From an uncultured Rickettsiales bacterium (GTDB lineage: Bacteria; Pseudomonadota; Alphaproteobacteria; Rickettsiales; RI-342), in the NCBI GenBank assembly GCA_964538615.1, contig CAZIGK010000001.1, forward strand, positions 87,430-151,429: 64,000 nucleotides of DNA, written 5' to 3'. A program made the position numbers and the translations under genes. The notes below the pieces were generated by a model. That model was given only the letters and a program-made list of their open reading frames with translations, ran no database searches and was not told the DNA's origin. This document shows positions 37,994-47,592 of the stretch, piece after piece; the first letter of the stretch is position 1, and each line of letters opens with the position of its first letter.

Positions 37994-39697
37994 CTAGGAC
38001 TCAATGAGTTTAAGAAGATTTTGCGGTAGCCGATTCGCTTGCGCCAGTACTGATACAGAGGCCTGAATGCTGACTTGTGATGTTGCATAGTCGGTGGATT
38101 CTTCCGCCATATCTGTATCCCAAAACACGGATTTTGCGGCATCTGTATTCAGGATGGTGGTGGTAAGGTTGGTGGCTGCGTAGTCAAAGCGGGATTGTAG
38201 CGCCCCGACATCTGCCCGGACGGAGGTTACCATGGCAATAGCGTTATCCAGTTGCGCAGAGGCTTGTTGCGCCTCGCTTAAACTGCGAATGTGCAGGGTG
38301 TCTGTTCCTAAATGTTGGGTTGAGACGGCGCGAATACCGACAGAAATAGCATCCTGCGTCTGATTGCCTGTTTGAAACAGAACGGCGCTATCCCCTTTAC
38401 CAAGACGAAAACTTTGCTTGAGAACTTCCTCGAACTTTGCGGCATTATCAACGTTGTTCAAATGGCCGTTGGAGACAAAAGAACCCAATGCCCAATCCAG
38501 ATGGATACGTTTCGCAGAGGTGGCGTCCCCATTTTTGCGGAGGATAATATTGGCGCCCGGTGCGAATTGACCACTGGCCGAAATGGTATGGGTGTAAGAT
38601 TCCCCATTGATGATAAACTCTATGAGTCCTGTTTCCGGACCCGCCGCAGAGGTTCCATATGCGGCGGTTACGCGAATATCATCTATACGAATCTCGTCAA
38701 AATCATCCCAACGGATTACCGCTGAAGAGCCTCCTAATGCGCCGGAGGCATCCAGTTCAAGCGTACGGGTCTGGAAAAAGTTGATTTTATCCAAGGTCGA
38801 GTTGAGACGGGAGGCATAGGTCTGGGCATCCTGCGCATTCGCCACGGCAAGTGCATTCAGGTTAAGACGGAACAGCCCCCCGCCAGCCTGACCAGTTTCA
38901 ACATCGTACCCCTGAAAAGTGGTTGCGCTGCCCACATTGGTATTGGTGACACGCCCAACATAGCGATAGTCCCCGACGGTGAGAGAAAGGACGACCTGAT
39001 TGGTGGCCACATACGTCACCTCAAGTCGTGCTCCCCCTAAATCGCCAACAAAGTCAGGATTATCGGCCACGGATGCCGTTTGCCAGCCGCTGGTCAGAGG
39101 GGCACTGGGAGTGATAGGATCAATAATGCTATCCACTTCCGAGGATGTAACCCCCTCACGTAGTTCGGCGGTAACGCCTCCAAAGCGTGTATTGGAGGCA
39201 ATACCATAAACCAGTTGCGCAAACGTCGCGGGGCGAATGGTATTGGTATCGGTTTTGAGAATGGCGTCATTATAGAGATCGCCATTCAGCAAGGTAATGT
39301 GATTGAAGCGGGTATTTTCTACCAGACGGTCAATTTCTGCAGAGAGATTCTGGAACTCCTGATCCAGAAAGCCACGCTCTGATGCCGAGAGCGTACCAGA
39401 AGTTGCCTGTACGGAAAGGGCTTTTTGACGTTGCAAAATGGTTTGGATATTATGGAGCGCACCATCCGCCACGGCAAGTAACGTGCTGCCTTGCTGGGTG
39501 TTATTTAGTGCAGTCTTCAGTGTGTTGACAGTACTTTTCAGAATGGTGCCAACCGACAGACCTGCGACATCATCCGCCGCGCGACTGATACGGTGCCCAC
39601 TTGAAAGTCTGGCAATGGATGTAGCAGACCTCTGAGCGGAAGCCGATAGGCTCGCTTTCGCAAAAAGAGCGGTGATATTGGTGTGGATACCAACCAA
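37994..39697 (-). CDS. fliC: Flagellin (long form, about 300-aa variable central region)
   Basis: Flagellin N-terminal domain (NITALFA...RLSSGHRISRAADDVAGL) and C-terminal domain (...SVLAQANRLPQNLLKLIES). TTG start 8 nt after GGAGA. Confidence 0.9.
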   Translation of the reverse strand: MVGIHTNITALFAKASLSASAQRSATSIARLSSGHRISRAADDVAGLSVGTILKSTVNTLKTALNNTQQGSTLLAVADGALHNIQTILQRQKALSVQATSGTLSASERGFLDQEFQNLSAEIDRLVENTRFNHITLLNGDLYNDAILKTDTNTIRPATFAQLVYGIASNTRFGGVTAELREGVTSSEVDSIIDPITPSAPLTSGWQTASVADNPDFVGDLGGARLEVTYVATNQVVLSLTVGDYRYVGRVTNTNVGSATTFQGYDVETGQAGGGLFRLNLNALAVANAQDAQTYASRLNSTLDKINFFQTRTLELDASGALGGSSAVIRWDDFDEIRIDDIRVTAAYGTSAAGPETGLIEFIINGESYTHTISASGQFAPGANIILRKNGDATSAKRIHLDWALGSFVSNGHLNNVDNAAKFEEVLKQSFRLGKGDSAVLFQTGNQTQDAISVGIRAVSTQHLGTDTLHIRSLSEAQQASAQLDNAIAMVTSVRADVGALQSRFDYAATNLTTTILNTDAAKSVFWDTDMAEESTDYATSQVSIQASVSVLAQANRLPQNLLKLIES

Positions 39698-40117
39698 GCG
39701 CAGAGTCTCCTACATGGAATACGAACAAGGCTACCTGCCTTCCCGAACACACACTATAACAGTTTTAGAGTGTAACGTATAGATTTTACCTTAATGTAAA
39801 TGAAAAGATTGGATTTTATGCATTCGATGGTTTGAGCCTAAGGTAGAAAAGCATGTTTCTGACAGGCGCAATCGGGCATTGAGTCATGGCATAGACCCCA
39901 CATACTGGGGAGCGGGCGATACATAGCGCATACATACGGGGTTAGGATACGCGAGACAGTTGGGTGTTCCATTATTCTTACCATCCAGAAGGCAAAAATA
40001 AAGGGAGCGGCGCATAGCATCCCGATACACGAAACGACTGAAACACAACCGACATACGGTTATCAATCAGGAGTGTGCCGAAATCCGTACCCTGTATGTC
40101 ATCTGAACCTAATAACG

Positions 40118-41692
40118 TTAACGATGCTGTGACACCAAAGAACGCTGACGTATTTCCTCCGCAACGGCTTTCATTTCATCCATTGTGATCAGGCGTAACG
40201 AACCATCGGGGGAACCGATCTGATGCGCCAGCGGTTTGTGTATTTCTACGGATAACAGTGTACCATCCTCTGCATGGTGAAATTGCAGGGGCAACATGAG
40301 ATGGACGGGTTGCAACCCCATAGGGACGGTGGCTGCCGTCTGTTCAGGCTGTATCTGGAGAGGAGCAAAGGTACGCAACCCCAGAATCATGGCATCAACC
40401 CACCCGGTTAGTTGAGTATCATCCAGACCGATGGATGATATATCCCTGCCCTGCTTTGAGAGTTGTATCTCTAATTGCTGTTTGACAAGAATCTGGGCGG
40501 AGTGCATACGCATTGTGTGAGGTTCGAGATGTTTAAGATCCTTCAATTTCAACTGATCTTCAAATAAAAGAACATCTTGCAAACGTATGTTGTCCATGAT
40601 TTTCAGTGAAGCATCCCACAGTCGTTTGTAGGGCTGCATCTGCTGTTTGAAGCTCTCAATTTCATGAAAGGCAATGCGAGAGATCGCTTTTTCAACGGCT
40701 TCTTTGAGCAGAGGTTCATCGGATGTGAAAACCTGCTGGCCTGTCGCATCCAGCAATTCCTGATAATAATCCTCTCCCAGAAGCCATGACAGTAATTGTT
40801 CACGGGTTTCTCTGGGAATGCGAGATTCCATGAAAGGTACAATTTCTGGCTGAAATGCATCAATGAGCCGCTGGATATCCTCTGCTGTCGTTGCCAGAAC
40901 ATCATGCCCAATGGGAAAACCGCTTGCTTGCGTTGATGCAATAAGAGAGGATTTGCTGAGCAATTGTAGAGCCAGATGATAGACCTGTTCTTCCGGAGGG
41001 GACGTTACATAACCGGCCTCTCTAGCCAGACGGGGTTTTAGTGCCAAGTCCCACAGCGCACCCACTTTGGCGGCGGCCGGGTTCATGGCGCCATTTAGAA
41101 GCCATAAACCGGAATAGATTTCAGCAATATTCATATCCGCCCCCCGATCATAGAGTTGGGAAGGAATATGCACGACATCAACCTCCAGCTCGCGGGTGCC
41201 TTCTGCCCGTATAGCTGAGGGGAGTGTGATAAAAATATCCAGATTATAGCGGTGCGCTTTCCGATCCAGTGTGGCTTTCATGTCCAGACAGACGCCACTA
41301 TCATGAAGGACACGACAGATGTCGGTCATCATTTCTGGGGTCAGATGATTGGTTTGCAGGTCAATATCGCCGCTGGCGATCATCCATTCCGGCGCTAATT
41401 GCCGGAGCAGGTAGCGTCCACGAAGGGTAAGCCATGGTTCAGGTGTGTTCGTCTGTGGCTGCAAAAACACTGAGGAGAGCAGTTCTCTGGCATAGGGTTG
41501 CAGTACAGGACTGGTGCCTATCACATCCAGCATGACCTGATGGTAATACATGCCTTCAATGGTATCTGCCGACAATTGCATGACACTGGATGCGTGATGC
41601 AGTTCCTCCGCACTCAGCGGAGAGCGGTTCTTGATTCGGTTGCGCAACCAAATTTCGCTACCGACAGATGTATTCTGCAATGGTGTTGGCAT
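40118..41692 (-). CDS. Hypothetical protein (524 aa), no recognisable domain
   Basis: Long uninterrupted frame. ATG at 41692 is preceded by GGGAGG. No signal peptide or TM helix seen. Confidence 0.75.
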   Translation of the reverse strand: MPTPLQNTSVGSEIWLRNRIKNRSPLSAEELHHASSVMQLSADTIEGMYYHQVMLDVIGTSPVLQPYARELLSSVFLQPQTNTPEPWLTLRGRYLLRQLAPEWMIASGDIDLQTNHLTPEMMTDICRVLHDSGVCLDMKATLDRKAHRYNLDIFITLPSAIRAEGTRELEVDVVHIPSQLYDRGADMNIAEIYSGLWLLNGAMNPAAAKVGALWDLALKPRLAREAGYVTSPPEEQVYHLALQLLSKSSLIASTQASGFPIGHDVLATTAEDIQRLIDAFQPEIVPFMESRIPRETREQLLSWLLGEDYYQELLDATGQQVFTSDEPLLKEAVEKAISRIAFHEIESFKQQMQPYKRLWDASLKIMDNIRLQDVLLFEDQLKLKDLKHLEPHTMRMHSAQILVKQQLEIQLSKQGRDISSIGLDDTQLTGWVDAMILGLRTFAPLQIQPEQTAATVPMGLQPVHLMLPLQFHHAEDGTLLSVEIHKPLAHQIGSPDGSLRLITMDEMKAVAEEIRQRSLVSQHR

Positions 41693-41787
41693 GAAGCCTC
41701 CCTTCCACATGCACCCCTGTTTTTCTTCTCAAGATTGAGTATAGTCAAACTATGTGACGTTTTTGTGTATAGGGTATCAAGGGGGTA

Positions 41788-42294
41788 TTAACGGGGAGCA
41801 GCCTGTTGCTGCCACAGGCGCATGACGGTGCGGATATTGGCGATGAGGAAAAAGCCCTCCAGCATCAGGCCGCCGAGTGAACCTTCCAGAATATTAAAGC
41901 CAATCCACATAGCGGTCCCGATCATCAGCATCAGGCGCAGGCGGATGCCTGAAAAGCAGAACATGGCGATGGTGCCGTTCATGCTGGCAAGAATAGGCAG
42001 GATGTCTCGCGGAGTGGTATAGACCGTGTAACCGATAGCAGCATAAACCAGCAGGAACAGTGGTAGAAGGATGCGAAACCGAGGCCAGAGGGAAAGAATG
42101 GTACGCAATGAGGTAATGACCGCTGCCGCTGCACCGGCCGGTGCCCCCAGCAACCAGAAATGCAGCGCCATAACCGCAGCCGAGGCACTGATGCCCAGCT
42201 TGAAAGCGGTATCACCGGGTCGCAGAAAGGCGGTAATACCGACTAACATACCCGCAATACCAACGGCCTGTGCCCAAATATCCTGTGTTATCAT
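41788..42294 (-). CDS. YgjV family inner membrane protein
   Basis: Five or six short TM helices with a YgjV-like N-terminus (WAQAVGIAGMLVGITAF). Start set to the ATG at 42294; a GTG at 42333 is possible. Confidence 0.7.
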   Translation of the reverse strand: MITQDIWAQAVGIAGMLVGITAFLRPGDTAFKLGISASAAVMALHFWLLGAPAGAAAAVITSLRTILSLWPRFRILLPLFLLVYAAIGYTVYTTPRDILPILASMNGTIAMFCFSGIRLRLMLMIGTAMWIGFNILEGSLGGLMLEGFFLIANIRTVMRLWQQQAAPR

Positions 42295-42314
42295 ATCTGC
42301 TGCATAGAGAGCTG

Positions 42315-43874
42315 TTATTTCTGGCCTTCCCACTCCACCCGATAGAGATCGAAGCGGCGATCTTTCAGGTTTTGTACCGTACCACTGTTACGGCTGACAA
42401 ACAGATTGTGCAGGGGTAAATCCGCAAAGGCCAGCATTTCCGTATTCGCGTTGCAGGTGGCGGCGATGCCATCCCGCGCAAAGGGGAAATCGCAGGGGGT
42501 GTAAATGCCGCTTTCCGCGTAGTGAATGTCCATATTTTCGACATCCGGCAAGTTGCCCACGAGACCGGATGTGACCACATAGCATTGGTTTTCCACCGCT
42601 CTGGCCTGCGCGCAATAGCGCACCCGCAGGTAGCCTTGCCGTTCATCTGTACAGAAGGGAACGAACAGAATCAGTGCGCCTTGATCCACCAGATGGCGCG
42701 CGGTTTCCGGAAACTCTGAATCATAGCAGATCATCACCCCTATCGGACCGCAATCCGTTTGAATGGCCTCCAGCCTGCCACCACCTTCAATGTTCCACCA
42801 ATAACGCTCGTTGGGGGTGGGGTGCAATTTATCCTGATGGTAGACCGCGCCATCACGCAGGAAGACATAACAAATATTGCGAATTTTACCATCCAGCGTA
42901 CGCGTGGGGTGTGAACCACCGATGATATGAATATTATAGCTGATCGCCAATTGTTGCATGAAAGCGATATAACGCTCTGTGTAGCGGGTTAGATGCTCAA
43001 TGGATTGGGAGGGGGTGAGGCGTTTGGGTTCCAGAGAGAGAAGCGGCACGGTGACCATCTCCGGAAAGACGACAAAATCTGCCCGGTAGTCGGCGGCAAT
43101 ATCCACAAAATATTCAATTTGACCTTCAAACTGGTCATAACTTTCGACCTTACGCACCTGAAACTGCACGGTGGCGACACGCACAGAATCTGGCAGGCGG
43201 CCACGCTGGCGTTTGGTTTTATCCTCTGCGTGTGCCAGTTTGGGGTTATACCAAACCATGTGGGTGGCAGCGCCGCCGGAATCTTTATCCAACGGCAGGT
43301 AATCCGGCAGAATGCCGATGGGTTCAAAGTCGTTGGACAGGTGAAACTGAATCACCTGATCCCGCAGTTGTTTGTTTTTGACGGCTTCCAGATAGGTGTG
43401 CGGAGTGGCATATTGTTTGCGTTTGCGGCTAAAACCGGGCATGCGTCCACCAAAGACGATGCCGCGCAATTCATAATCCTGACAGAGGCGTTTACGGGCA
43501 TCGTACAGGCGCTGACCGATGCGCAACCCACGCATTTTGGGGTCTACACAGACTTCCATGCCGTAGAGAAAATCCCCGTCCGGATCATGACGGGTGGCAA
43601 AACCGTTGGCGGTAATTTCTTTCCAGCTATGGGGTTTCATGGCGACATCGCCACTGACAATAAACGTGGCGCAGTGTCCCACTACCTCGCCTTCATATTC
43701 CGCTACAAACTGCCCTTCCGGGAAGTTATTGATTTGTCCACGCAGCATTTCCTTATTCATGCCATGCTCGCCATAGACACGTTTGCCCAGCTCAACCAGT
43801 GACGGAATATCTGCCGTCGTAGCGAGACGGATATGGAGCTTGGATGGTTGCAGGGAGGTACGGGACTGGCTCAT
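42315..43874 (-). CDS. Bifunctional GNAT N-acetyltransferase / carbon-nitrogen hydrolase family protein
   Basis: N-terminal GNAT fold motif (MRGLRIGQRLY). C-terminal nitrilase-superfamily E-K-C landmarks (VVFPE..., ...MICYDSEFPE). Confidence 0.85.
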   Translation of the reverse strand: MSQSRTSLQPSKLHIRLATTADIPSLVELGKRVYGEHGMNKEMLRGQINNFPEGQFVAEYEGEVVGHCATFIVSGDVAMKPHSWKEITANGFATRHDPDGDFLYGMEVCVDPKMRGLRIGQRLYDARKRLCQDYELRGIVFGGRMPGFSRKRKQYATPHTYLEAVKNKQLRDQVIQFHLSNDFEPIGILPDYLPLDKDSGGAATHMVWYNPKLAHAEDKTKRQRGRLPDSVRVATVQFQVRKVESYDQFEGQIEYFVDIAADYRADFVVFPEMVTVPLLSLEPKRLTPSQSIEHLTRYTERYIAFMQQLAISYNIHIIGGSHPTRTLDGKIRNICYVFLRDGAVYHQDKLHPTPNERYWWNIEGGGRLEAIQTDCGPIGVMICYDSEFPETARHLVDQGALILFVPFCTDERQGYLRVRYCAQARAVENQCYVVTSGLVGNLPDVENMDIHYAESGIYTPCDFPFARDGIAATCNANTEMLAFADLPLHNLFVSRNSGTVQNLKDRRFDLYRVEWEGQK

Positions 43875-44024
43875 GGTGTGGATTCTTTCGCATTCTCGTG
43901 AGGTACAGAGGTAACGTAACAGCTTGTGATGCGAGGCTCAATGGATGGTTTTTTCTTTGTCTGCATCTTGAATAGGTCGTATGGGCTACTTATACTACCA
44001 CATATTGTAGGGAGTACCGGATTT

Positions 44025-44975
44025 ATGACCGCACTGATTGCTGCTGAGCATTTACACAAACAATTTGGAAAGACACCTGTTGTGCGAGATCTTTCTCTGG
44101 AGATAGCCCGTGGACAGGTGTGGGGATTGCTGGGGCCAAACGGAGCCGGAAAAACCACCAGCATGCGTTTGTTAACCGGTTTTCTGACCGCCGATGCCGG
44201 GCAGGTACAGATTGCCGGACATTGTTTGCAGAAAGAGCCGGAACTGGCACGGCGTCATGTGGGGTATTTGCCGGAAGGGGCGCCTCTTTATGCAGATATG
44301 ACCCCATGGATGCATCTGCAATGGGCGGGGCGCATGCACGGATTGTCCGCGGGGACGTTGAAGCAACGGCAGGAGCAGATGATTGCCGAATTGCATTTGG
44401 AGGATGTGTTGCATCAACCCGTGGAAACCCTGTCTAAGGGGTTTCGCAGGCGGGTGGGTCTGGCGCTGGCGTTGTTGCATGACCCGGACGTGTTAATTCT
44501 GGATGAACCAACAGATGGGCTGGATCCGTTGCAGAAGCAGGAAGTACGCCAGCTTATTCAACGGATTGCACCGGAAAAAGCGATTCTGATTTCCACCCAT
44601 ATTCTGGAAGAAGTGGAAGCCATGTGCAGCCATGTTGCCTTGATTCGGGAGGGGCGTATTATCCTGCGCGGAACCCCCGCTGAACTATTGGCGCGTGATC
44701 CAATGGCGCATTGCCTGTTGCTGCGTATTAGCAGCCATTCCCCGGAAAAGGCGCTGCCCCTGTTGCAGGCGGCGGAGGCAATTTTAGTGGCTGAGGCGGT
44801 GGAAGACCATATCCGGGTGCAATTACGGGAGCAAACGGGCGCTTGTTTAGCCGAGGTGTTAGCCTATATTCAGGCGCACGGGCTGGCGCTGGAACGGCTT
44901 GCGCCCCTGCCCGGCGCCATGGAACGGGTGTTTCTGGAGCAAATGCGTACGGCTGTCGTCTCCGGCACCATGTAG
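44025..44975 (+). CDS. ABC transporter ATP-binding protein (GldA-like, ABC-2 type)
   Basis: Walker A GPNGAGKTT, signature LSKGFRRR, Walker B LILDEPTDGLD. ATG at 44025 follows GGGAG. Confidence 0.92.
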   Translation: MTALIAAEHLHKQFGKTPVVRDLSLEIARGQVWGLLGPNGAGKTTSMRLLTGFLTADAGQVQIAGHCLQKEPELARRHVGYLPEGAPLYADMTPWMHLQWAGRMHGLSAGTLKQRQEQMIAELHLEDVLHQPVETLSKGFRRRVGLALALLHDPDVLILDEPTDGLDPLQKQEVRQLIQRIAPEKAILISTHILEEVEAMCSHVALIREGRIILRGTPAELLARDPMAHCLLLRISSHSPEKALPLLQAAEAILVAEAVEDHIRVQLREQTGACLAEVLAYIQAHGLALERLAPLPGAMERVFLEQMRTAVVSGTM

Positions 44976-44993
44976 AGAGAAGGGTTAGATAGG

Positions 44994-45770
44994 ATGCAGG
45001 GATTGCGAACCACGTTTCACCGGGAATTGCTGGGGTATTTCATTACTCCGGTTGCGTATGTGTTTATTGCACTGTTTGTATTGGTCAGTAGTGCATTCAC
45101 CTTTAGCCTGTCGCAATTGTTTGAACGCGGGCAAGCCGATTTAATGCCGTTTTTTCAATGGCACCCATGGCTATATTTATTTTTTATCCCTGCTATTTCC
45201 ATGCGCTTGTGGGCAGAGGAAAAGCGTAGTAATACGCTGGAATTAGTGCTGACCATGCCGGTTCCTTTATGGCAGTCCGTGCTGGGGAAATATCTGGCTG
45301 CATGGGTATTTGTGGCCATTAGTTTGCTTGCCACCACCCCTCTGTGGCTGACCGTCAGTTGGTTGGGGAACCCTGACCACGGAGTGATTATCAGCAGTTA
45401 TGCAGGGAGTTTATGGCTGGCTTCGGCGTATTTGGCGGTGGGGTCTTGTTTATCTGCCTGCACACGTAACCAGGTGATTGCGTTTGTGCTGTCCTGCGTG
45501 GGATGCTTTGTGCTGACCGTGTTAGGGTTTCCTCTGGTGATGGATGCGTTGCAAACCATCCTTCCCTACCGTTTGCTGGATGTGGTGCGGCAATTAAGTT
45601 TGCTGACCCATTACATGGAATGGACTCAGGGGTTGGTGTCGCTGGGGAGTGTGCTTTTCTACCTCAGCTTTGCGGGATTGTGGCTGGCCATAACTGTGCT
45701 GTTGCTCGCTCCCCGTAGCCAGCATACTGTAGCGACCCACACACAAAACAGCGAGGTGAGCCATGCGTAA
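44994..45770 (+). CDS. ABC-2 type transporter permease (GldF-like)
   Basis: 258 aa with six hydrophobic helices; follows the ATPase gene. Confidence 0.85.
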   Translation: MQGLRTTFHRELLGYFITPVAYVFIALFVLVSSAFTFSLSQLFERGQADLMPFFQWHPWLYLFFIPAISMRLWAEEKRSNTLELVLTMPVPLWQSVLGKYLAAWVFVAISLLATTPLWLTVSWLGNPDHGVIISSYAGSLWLASAYLAVGSCLSACTRNQVIAFVLSCVGCFVLTVLGFPLVMDALQTILPYRLLDVVRQLSLLTHYMEWTQGLVSLGSVLFYLSFAGLWLAITVLLLAPRSQHTVATHTQNSEVSHA

Positions 45771-47589
45771 AACGATGCGTTTAGTCGGCTATATCACGGG
45801 ATTCGCGCTGGTGTTTCTGGCACTGAACATTCTGATGCAGCATGGGTTGAGGGGACTGCGACTGGATGCAACAGAAGGCCATTTATATACACTTTCCGAC
45901 AATACGAAGACGATGCTGGCAGAGCTGAGCGAACCCGTGGAGGCGCGATTGTATTACTCCCATGAGGTGGCGACGGGGATTCCGGTCATACAGGCTTATG
46001 CTCAACGGGTTCAGACATTGCTGGAACGGATGAAAGAAGCCAGCGATGGCAAGTTGACGGTCAGGGTGGTGAATCCGGAACCTTTTTCCGTACAGGAAGA
46101 TGACGCGGTGGCAGCGGGGATTCAGGGTATTCCTATCAATGATATTGGACACCGTTTGTATTTTGGGCTGCTGTTGACCAACAGCACGGATGAACAGGAA
46201 GTGTTGGCGTTTCTGGATCCTGAACAGGAGGCAACGCTGGAATATGAGCTGTTGCAAAAGCTGCACACGCTGTCTCACCCTCAAAAACCGGTGGTTGGGA
46301 TATTAAGCGGGTGGAAAGCCTCTACCAACGAGGATGCTGCAAACCCTCTGGCTGGCATGATGGGCGGCATGGAGCCTTTCAGCCTGCGTGGACAGATGGA
46401 AGCACTGTATGAAGTGCGGGATGTGGAGATGGATACCATTGCGATACCGGAAGAGGTGACGCTGTTGATGGTGATTCACCCTGCGCAACTGGGCGAAGAA
46501 ACCCTGAAGGCGATTGACCGTTTTGTGGTACAGGGAGGGCGTTTGCTGGTGTTCACGGATCCACAGACGGATCACCCGGCTGCTCCCAAGGTATCGGAGA
46601 TGAACCGATTGACAGAAGCCTGGGGTGTAAGGCAGGTGCCGGGCATGGTCATCGCAGATCGTAATGCGGCGATGCGGGTTCCACGGCAGGATTATGGCAT
46701 GGCAGGCGATGGGCGACTGGCATTTGATATGCGCATGGATTACCTGAAGCTGGATTCGGATAATATGCCATCACAGAGCATCACCACCCACGGCTTGCAG
46801 GAGTTGCATGTGATAACGGCGGGGCATTGGCTGCCACAAGAGAAGACACTCACACAGCATGCCCTGACGTGGAATGTGTTGCTGGAGTCCGGCGAAGATG
46901 CAATGGAACTGGCGCCTGAAAAAGCCGCACGGCAAAAGCCTCTGGCGGGAGATTTTATTCCCTCTGGCACACGGTTTGCGCTGGCGGGAATGGTAGAGGG
47001 TGTGTTTCCTCCGGTCTTCAAGGACACGCCTGCACCGGAACAGCCCGTTAAAACCGCCGTGGTGCTGGTGGCGGACAGTGACCTGTTGCGCGACCAGTTT
47101 TGGCTTCAGAAGCAATCTTTCTTTGGGCAGCAGGTGGGCATTCCCACCGCTGATAATGGCCGGTTTGTACTGAACCTGATGGATATGCTGACAGGAAATA
47201 CGGGATTGATGGGGTTGCGCAGCCGTACCGTGGCGGAGCGCCCATTTGAGCAAATTGAGGCGATGCGCATGCAGGCGGAAGCCCGTTTCCGGGAACAGGA
47301 AGAAGCCTTACAACAACGCATGAAAGAGACCGAGCAACGATTGCAGCAATTAGCACCTGTGGATAAAACAGCGCAAGGGGAACTACTGACCCCGGAGCAG
47401 GAAGCGGAATTGAGCCACTTCCGTGAAGAGTTGCTGGTTATCCGGCGGCAGTTGCGGGATGTACAACATGCGCTACAGGAAGATATTTCCACGGTGGGGC
47501 GCTGGCTGAAAATAGGGCATATTGGCCTGTTACCACTTTTAGTGATACTACTGGCCTTCTTTTTGCCACGTTACCTGACCCGGAGGTAG
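45763..47589 (+). CDS. GldG-like ABC transporter auxiliary protein
   Basis: N- and C-terminal TM anchors flank a large soluble region, with a coiled segment near the C-terminus. Size and operon position match the GldG family. Confidence 0.75.
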   Translation: MRKTMRLVGYITGFALVFLALNILMQHGLRGLRLDATEGHLYTLSDNTKTMLAELSEPVEARLYYSHEVATGIPVIQAYAQRVQTLLERMKEASDGKLTVRVVNPEPFSVQEDDAVAAGIQGIPINDIGHRLYFGLLLTNSTDEQEVLAFLDPEQEATLEYELLQKLHTLSHPQKPVVGILSGWKASTNEDAANPLAGMMGGMEPFSLRGQMEALYEVRDVEMDTIAIPEEVTLLMVIHPAQLGEETLKAIDRFVVQGGRLLVFTDPQTDHPAAPKVSEMNRLTEAWGVRQVPGMVIADRNAAMRVPRQDYGMAGDGRLAFDMRMDYLKLDSDNMPSQSITTHGLQELHVITAGHWLPQEKTLTQHALTWNVLLESGEDAMELAPEKAARQKPLAGDFIPSGTRFALAGMVEGVFPPVFKDTPAPEQPVKTAVVLVADSDLLRDQFWLQKQSFFGQQVGIPTADNGRFVLNLMDMLTGNTGLMGLRSRTVAERPFEQIEAMRMQAEARFREQEEALQQRMKETEQRLQQLAPVDKTAQGELLTPEQEAELSHFREELLVIRRQLRDVQHALQEDISTVGRWLKIGHIGLLPLLVILLAFFLPRYLTRR

Positions 47590-47592
47590 CCC

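Noticed and set aside
39724-39741. Sigma-54-like element (GGCAGG-N5-TTGT on the minus strand) about 35 nt upstream of the flagellin start, and a TAAA...CGGGAA sigma-28-like pattern further upstream.
   Set aside because: The GG-to-GC spacing is off by one, the GC dinucleotide is missing, and the sigma-28 -10 half matches poorly.
42993-43802. 269-aa plus-strand ORF.
   Set aside because: It is antisense to the GNAT/carbon-nitrogen hydrolase gene, which carries the family motifs. This frame has none.
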